A DNA stretch of 62,945 nucleotides, filler included. It is 10 parts of 10 records of this genome, joined end to end, with 100 filler letters (N's around TTAATTAATTAA, not from the genome) between each part and the next. Parts side by side here need not be neighbours in the genome. Positions count along the whole stretch, not along the records: positions 53,167 to 58,560 come from SRR7504441_3664; positions 58,661 to 62,945 come from SRR7504441_3678; 8 more parts are not named here. One strand, given 5' to 3'. The notes beneath the pieces were generated by a model, which saw nothing but the letters and a program-made list of their open reading frames with translations, made no database searches and was not told where the DNA came from. Position 1 is the stretch's first letter. Each line of letters begins with the position of its first letter. Both the position numbers and the translations under genes were made by a program. Below, one piece after another: positions 57,095 to 62,945 of the stretch.

Positions 57095-57219
57095 CGGAGC
57101 AGCACGCGGTCCCACGCAAAGACCGTCACCGGAGCCCCGACTGCAGGCGGGTGCTGTCGGTTGGCCGCCAAGCCGGAGTTGCAGCGGCACGAGCACGAGT
57201 CGGCAGTGCGGACGGCAAG

Positions 57220-58131
57220 ATGGAGGGCGAGTCTACCCAGCCGCCTCGGCACACCTCGATGTCGGTGCTGGTGGCGCTATCCTCGGTCGGCTCGGTGCGC
57301 GACATCGACTACCCCGGTGCCCCTAGGCAGCTGCCTGGCCCAGCCCGGCGGACCAGCCGGCACCTCGGGCACGGCGCTGATCTCGATCTACACCACGCTC
57401 ACCGCGGCCAACTTTAACATCGTGCTGGCCACCGCCGGGGGCAACCCGCCCGAGTTCTCCTGCGAGGACGATAAGAGCGAGGCCTGGATGCGCGAGCACA
57501 AGCAGCTTTACAGCCGACCGCTGCCGCTCGAAGAGGCCAACGGTAGCCGCCCTCGGCCCCAGCCGCCGAGCGGGCGGGGTCAGAGCAAGACTTTGACGCG
57601 CTGTTCCTGCCCAGCGCTCTCGGGGCGATCCAGGACCTAGCGGCTAACGAGGCGGTGGGCACCCTGGTTCAGGCCTTCCTTACCCGGAAGAGTGAGCGCC
57701 TCCTGCGCTGCCGGGGACGAGCGGACGGACAGAGCCTATCGGAGCCATAGGGTATGGCGTTGGGGGGCTGTGCGGTGCAATGGCTGCTGAGAGCGAATGG
57801 TGCTTCAGCGAATACAACATGACAGGAGTACGCCGCGCAGTGACTGTGTCCTGACAACGGGTGAAGGTGTCAGTATATGAGATGGCCAACCAGCCGTTCT
57901 TCGACAAGCTGCCGTTCCTGATAGAGGATTTCATCCGGGACAATGGCGGGAGCTATAACTGTACGTGCGTCGCTTGTGCTGGACTGATTGCCGGTTGCAG
58001 GCACACCCGAAGAAGGGGCAGTGCACGTCATTGTGGATCGGTGTCTGGTCACCGGTCAGAACACGGCGTCTACGGGGCTCGCGGTCCAGAATTTGGTCTG
58101 GCTTATGAAGAACGAGGCCCAGCTGCACTGA
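57220..58131 (+). CDS. GATD1: GATD1/PDDC1 (DJ-1/PfpI superfamily); 6 exons
   Basis: Introns 57317-57356, 57543-57583, 57692-57732, 57828-57866, 57961-58000 give FDALFLPS...KPIGAIGYGV...WCFSEYNMTGVSVYE...LPFLIEDFIRDNGG...HVIVDRCLVTGQN. Confidence 0.88.
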
Positions 58132-58942
58132 TGAGCCCCGGCTTGTGCCAATTCATTGCACTTTGAGAGGCTTGTCAATAGCTCGTCAAAGATGTCGTGA
58201 GATTCATTTTAACGCACGAAGCTACATGTACATGAACTTTTTACAGTGAACTCGTTATGAATTCATACTGTACCTGGCAGATTGGCCCACTCAGGTCGGT
58301 ATCAGGTCGGCATAGACAATTTTGAATACAATAGTGAAAGCAAAGCATCCCGCATACAATCGATATCTACCGGTATATACAATCATATTTCATTCTGTTT
58401 TAGATATGCAGTGGTTGGGGCAGACAGGTGACGTCTAGTTGTGAGCTCGTTGCTTTGTCTGTCTCGTCCGGACTAGTAGTTCGTATTCGGCCTTCCGTTC
58501 GGCTTTTGAAAGCCGAGTGTGCTGCAATAGGCATGCGGACGCTGCTAGATTAAAGCGAGTNNNNNNNNNNNNNNNNNNNNNNNNNNNNNNNNNNNNNNNN
58601 NNNNTTAATTAATTAANNNNNNNNNNNNNNNNNNNNNNNNNNNNNNNNNNNNNNNNNNNNATCCGTCCTAGCTTCATCTCAGGTCACACGAAAGCTATAG
58701 ACTAGTTAGACTCAAGACTCGTACTCGTAGGCAGCCAGTACATGTAGGCGAGTACGTGGAGGCCCGCCAGAGCCCGCTAGAGCCCGCCAGCACGAGCTGT
58801 ACTGCATTGCATCTGGGGACTCCAAGTCAAGCACGTCTCGTCTCATCAGGGGTCACCACAACGGAACAAGCTGAGGAATCCGCGGCCGCTTCTTCATCAC
58901 AATCCGCGCCAGGGGGGGCGGGTGGACTTGACGCGATTAGCT

Positions 58943-60377
58943 ATGGACACGGTTTTGGCTGAGGGGCAAGCTGACACGCAAGGGCTCGTGATCGCCGAGC
59001 GCCGTTGCTCCACCTGCCACAGCTCCAGGTCAGCCGACGAGTTCACCGGTGTGCCCGGCCGCCGAGCCACGCCGATTCACCCGGCGGCGCAGGCAAGCTG
59101 CAAACATGCCGGGACTGCCTCCATATCAAGCGGGTCAAACGCCAGAAAGTCCTGGTGGGCCAGGAGTCCAGCCCGGGGCTCATCGGTGGGCAGGAGGAGA
59201 CTGCGCTGCTCCAGGCCCAAGTACACAACGGGCAGGAGGCAAACTCTCTGCTCCAGGCTCGGGTGCGGGAGCTCGAGGAGCAGGTCAGATTGTTAAGCGC
59301 GGAGCGGGACCAGATTACACACGAGCGGGATCAACTGGCCCGCTGGCGAGACGAGACGCTACAGTTGCTCAGAACGGACTTCATGCAGGATGAATCAGAT
59401 TACACCGATGATGTTGGCGGCCGATCGGGCTCGCAGGAGGCTTCGGGGAGCGGGAGCGGATCGATGTTGATGGATGCATGCATGCCGGATCTGGTGGATC
59501 CGAGTGTGGCCCAGGATGTGTGGCGGGCCGCTGCAAACCGGAAGCATGTGGACTACGAGAGTTCGTTCCCTTCATCACTCGAAACACTGTACAATCTGTG
59601 GACCTTCAACCAGCGGTTCTATGGACTGTCGACCATTGTGGTGGTGTATGTGTCCACCTTCTTCTTATCTTTGGGACTATCTGAAAGTTACCCTTCCTTG
59701 GCCGAGTCCTCACTTGTGTTTGCGATCACTCCAAGGCTGCTGAGCACCTGGAACATTTACTCTTTCTTGGTGTTTCTTCTGGTCTTGTATTTGGTTCTGT
59801 TGCCCTTACTGTTGACCTTTACGAGGAAAAACCAACTGTTGATGCACGCACTGCTGCCTAAAGTGTTGATGGTGTTCTGTTGTTTCGAATATGTCCGTAC
59901 GGCCAGCGGTAACAGCCCTCCTAATCCCAACGCTAACGTGTGTGGCAGGTATCATGAGACGGCTGGGCTCGGGGTCAGAAGTAGACCCGCAGAACTTCAT
60001 GCTGCAGATCCTGTGTGCATACGTGACGCACATAGCTGCGACAGTCATGCTCAATATTTCACCATGGTGCAGCACCATCGGAGCAGTGTGTCAGGTGGCA
60101 TATCTTGGGCTGTTGCATTCTGATGAATACCGGACTGCATTTGCGGCGACATGGCCCGCGATCCTGTCTGTGCTATTGCTACAAGTGATGGTTGCTTTCA
60201 CGACAAGCCACCGAGGAAGAATGGCCTTTGTCAAAGCTTACTCGCTGTCCAAGTATGTTTCTCAAAAGTGTCAACACGAGCAGCACCTTTATTTGTGACT
60301 CCGCTGGAGCGATTGGCCTCCTTACAATCGTCCTCCCGCGGCTCACGAGGCCTATTCGTTTCTACATGATTGTATAA
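58943..60377 (+). CDS. Protein with N-terminal CxxC...CxxC finger, basic/coiled-coil region and multi-TM C-terminus
   Basis: Intron 59049-59092 gives CSTCHSSRSADEFTGKLQTCRDCLHIKRVKRQK; LQARVRELEEQVRLL; several hydrophobic helices. Confidence 0.6.
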
Positions 60378-60518
60378 TAACAAGTACAGTATTGTATAAT
60401 AAAAAATATTCATTTACCGTAATACATGACATTGTACACCTACATTACAGTGATTACACTTGGTTGCACCCTAGGTAGTTGCACCCGAGGAAGTTGCAAG
60501 CACAGTTCATGTTCATGA

Positions 60519-62945
60519 TCAAAAATTCCTATAGTCCGGCAGATATCGCAACGCAACAAACGCCACTAGTCTCAAACCCACGGTGATTCCGGCCAGCGCC
60601 AGGAGGCTGCTCCACTTGTTGCCGACGCTAAAGCCATACAGGTCCAGAACCTCATCCCCAGTTATCTCTTGCTCTCTGCCGGCTATCGTCTCGTGGAAGG
60701 TTACACCATCAAACTGCACGATCCCCGAGAATGCAGCAGCGTACTTGAGGGGCGAGATGAAATTGAGCTGCTCGAGCACAGCTGGAAGATTGCCACCGGC
60801 CCGAAACCAGCCACACATAACGTTCAAGAGCGATAGCCAAATCGATACGATGCTGACTGCAAAGCCGGCGTGCTTGATGGCCGAACAGAAGATGAGGCCA
60901 GCGGTCTCCCCATTGGTTATCACGAGAAATATCACCAAAGCGCTCTCCAGAAAAGCAGCGATGGTGTTTGTGAGCCCAATCACGTAGCAGAAGAGTGCAC
61001 TGCAGAGGAAGGATCCGAAGATCGAGCAGGGGATTTCTATGCACATGTAGGCCAACAGGAACGAGGTGCTGTTATAATGCCCGTCGTGCCGATCTCGGAG
61101 ATACACATTGCGCTCAGCCGGGAAGTTTGCTATGCAGGTGAGCATGCCCACAAAGATGAACGGCTGCCACTCATAGAGAAGCCCCACTCGGTTCTGAATG
61201 TTGTCCACCTTGTGAGCAAAGAACAGCGTCAAGATGACTGCAAGTGCCAGCGGCTGCCCAATCCGCGCAGCCACCAGATGCGGCTGTCTCCACGAATTCA
61301 GCACAGACCGCCAGATTAGCAATCCAATCACAGTGCAAACAGGGGTAGCCTGCGGGCTGTCGGCTTCCTGGCTTTGACTCGGGGCTACCGGCTCACTAGT
61401 GGGTGCAGCATCCACACTGCCACTGGGTGGGAGCGAACTCAGGTAGGCTCCGTCAGCTAGAATGTCTAGGAGGTAGTCGGCAGGGTTGGTGCACTCCGGA
61501 AACGGAAAGCCCTGGCTAGTGAACTGCTGAATCGCTCCGTCTAGATTACCGTGATACACGCACTGACCCTGCGCAATCAGAGCAACTGAGCCAGTGACGA
61601 GGGCCATGATATCTGAGCGCGGTTGGTGGATTGAGGCGATGATTGTGGTGTGGCGGAGCTGTGCCAAGCTACACAAGGTCTCGACCAAGTATCGCGCAGT
61701 GGCCGCATCGAGACCGGAGGTCGGCTCGTCAAGCAGCAGCAGCGACGGTGATTTGACCATCTGGCATGCCACAGAGATCCGCCTCCTCTCGCCACCGCTG
61801 CAGCTGGCGACCAGCGTGTGGGCACAATCGGGAAGGCAGAGCTCAAATAAGAGTTTGTCGACCTGCTCGACGCTGCTCGACGAGATTCGAGCAGCAAAGA
61901 TCAGAGTCTCCCGCGCAGTCAGCCCGATCATCAGGTCGTCGTCCTGCATTACGAATCCGCATTTCGAGCGATTCAACGGCTGGTGGTTGAACAAGACCGA
62001 TCCAGTCACCACGACAGGCGGTCCGATGTGGCCGGCGACTGCGCGCAGCGTGGAGGTCTTGCCGCTACCACTCGGGCCCATCACCACACTGAAGCAGCCG
62101 GCCGGGAACTCGGCATCCACGTGGTCCAAGATCAGCTTGTGCGAGCCACCACTCTGATCCAGCAAGCTCTCCTTGCTTGGATCCGAGCGCTTGGGCTGTC
62201 CGACAACCACGCTGAGCTGGACCAGCTTGAGCCCCTGAGTAGCAGCCCGGAGCTCCGGAACGTTCAGTTGAGAGGGCCCTTCGCCGTCAAAGAAACCGTG
62301 CTGTTCTGGGCGCCGTTCAAGCCGACCGCTGCTCGCGCCAGTCCCTGCGAGGGCCGGGATGGCGTGCACCCTGTGAGAGAGCATCAGCACGGTGGTGATC
62401 AGTTGGTACGCGACATAATGGAGCAGCAGCACTAGTATCAGCTGGCTAGTGGTGGTGGACCCACTCAGCCCAAGCTGCTCGAGCACGGCATCGCCTGACA
62501 CTCCGGGATCGTACGAGTTGCCTCGGTATTCGTTGATCGCGAAGAGCTGGAACTCGACCCACTGAAAACTGATACGTTTAATCCAAGCCAGGTAGACCGG
62601 CACAGTGTCGGCCTTCATTAGGAAACCGCCCGAGAGCACCATGAAGGTATAGAGTGAATTGGCGATCAGCGAGGCGAGGTCGAAATTGCGAGTGATGCTC
62701 ACCGCACAGGCGGCTATAGAACTGCCTACCAGCTGGCCCCAGAAGCATCCCATGAGGAAGATCAGCATGTGGCTGCCTCCATCATCGAGCCGCAATCCGG
62801 TCAGGAAGTAGCAGGAGCACCCGTACAAGAGGCTCTGGGCTAGCTCCAGTGGGAGATAAATCACTCGCTGCACCAGCACGCCGCACCACGGCCGGTACGC
62901 TCGGTCGTCCGCCTCCGCATCAAAGATCGGCATGTCGACTTCGCA
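60519..62945 (-). CDS. Full-size ABCG transporter (TMD1 end, NBD2, TMD2); 5' truncated
   Basis: MGPSGSGKTS, CSGGERRRISVA, LLLLDEPTSGLD, SIHQPR, NPADYLLD, ABC2-type TMDs. Confidence 0.92.
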   Translation of the reverse strand, partial: CEVDMPIFDAEADDRAYRPWCGVLVQRVIYLPLELAQSLLYGCSCYFLTGLRLDDGGSHMLIFLMGCFWGQLVGSSIAACAVSITRNFDLASLIANSLYTFMVLSGGFLMKADTVPVYLAWIKRISFQWVEFQLFAINEYRGNSYDPGVSGDAVLEQLGLSGSTTTSQLILVLLLHYVAYQLITTVLMLSHRVHAIPALAGTGASSGRLERRPEQHGFFDGEGPSQLNVPELRAATQGLKLVQLSVVVGQPKRSDPSKESLLDQSGGSHKLILDHVDAEFPAGCFSVVMGPSGSGKTSTLRAVAGHIGPPVVVTGSVLFNHQPLNRSKCGFVMQDDDLMIGLTARETLIFAARISSSSVEQVDKLLFELCLPDCAHTLVASCSGGERRRISVACQMVKSPSLLLLDEPTSGLDAATARYLVETLCSLAQLRHTTIIASIHQPRSDIMALVTGSVALIAQGQCVYHGNLDGAIQQFTSQGFPFPECTNPADYLLDILADGAYLSSLPPSGSVDAAPTSEPVAPSQSQEADSPQATPVCTVIGLLIWRSVLNSWRQPHLVAARIGQPLALAVILTLFFAHKVDNIQNRVGLLYEWQPFIFVGMLTCIANFPAERNVYLRDRHDGHYNSTSFLLAYMCIEIPCSIFGSFLCSALFCYVIGLTNTIAAFLESALVIFLVITNGETAGLIFCSAIKHAGFAVSIVSIWLSLLNVMCGWFRAGGNLPAVLEQLNFISPLKYAAAFSGIVQFDGVTFHETIAGREQEITGDEVLDLYGFSVGNKWSSLLALAGITVGLRLVAFVALRYLPDYRNF

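Noticed and set aside
5217-58660. Recurring TTAATTAATTAA flanked by N runs as a biological repeat or CRISPR-like array
   Set aside because: Identical 100-bp artificial contig linkers with stops in all six frames.
4311-59092. Short introns as an introner (mobile intron) family
   Set aside because: They share length and structure but no primary sequence similarity or evident target-site duplications.
60463-60500. Short tandem repeats (GTTGCACCCxAGG about 2.5 copies; also the 14-bp duplication at 21848-21877 and CACGCGTGATC twice near 13987-14016)
   Set aside because: Too short and too few copies; consistent with slippage, with no spacer structure.
327-62945. Alternative genetic code or frameshifting to explain broken ORFs
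   Set aside because: Breaks in conserved genes are resolved by 36-49 nt introns; TAA, TAG and TGA all act as terminal stops.

Overview
Ten short contigs from a compact, GC-rich microbial eukaryote, joined by artificial N/TTAATTAATTAA/N spacers, so adjacency across spacers has no biological meaning. The sequence uses the standard code. About 38 genes are present; the best supported include AK3, a GH20 hexosaminidase, COQ7, a BT1 transporter, a JmjC protein, FOXRED2, TRM13, TSC2, PIGZ, an LRR receptor kinase, an OTU deubiquitinase, GATD1 and an ABCG transporter. The lineage cannot be fixed from this window; a marine heterotrophic protist such as a picozoan is only my guess. Most notable: (1) a genome-wide class of 36-49 nt introns with no polypyrimidine tract, G-rich 3' ends, frequent stem-loops beside the acceptor, and several GC donors; (2) a Ty1/copia polyprotein with an intact chromodomain between integrase and RT; (3) an intron-containing bacterial-type ectoine hydrolase (DoeA/EutD); (4) a HAD-GH123 fusion; (5) a mosaic of gene fragments (IP3-receptor-like and lectin-like) beside a CACAGTG-ended TIR-like sequence and a foldback palindrome; (6) head-to-head gene pairs only 38-170 nt apart, with recurrent TA-flanked octamers in the AT-rich spacers. 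Exon models were inferred by hand and no database searches were run.
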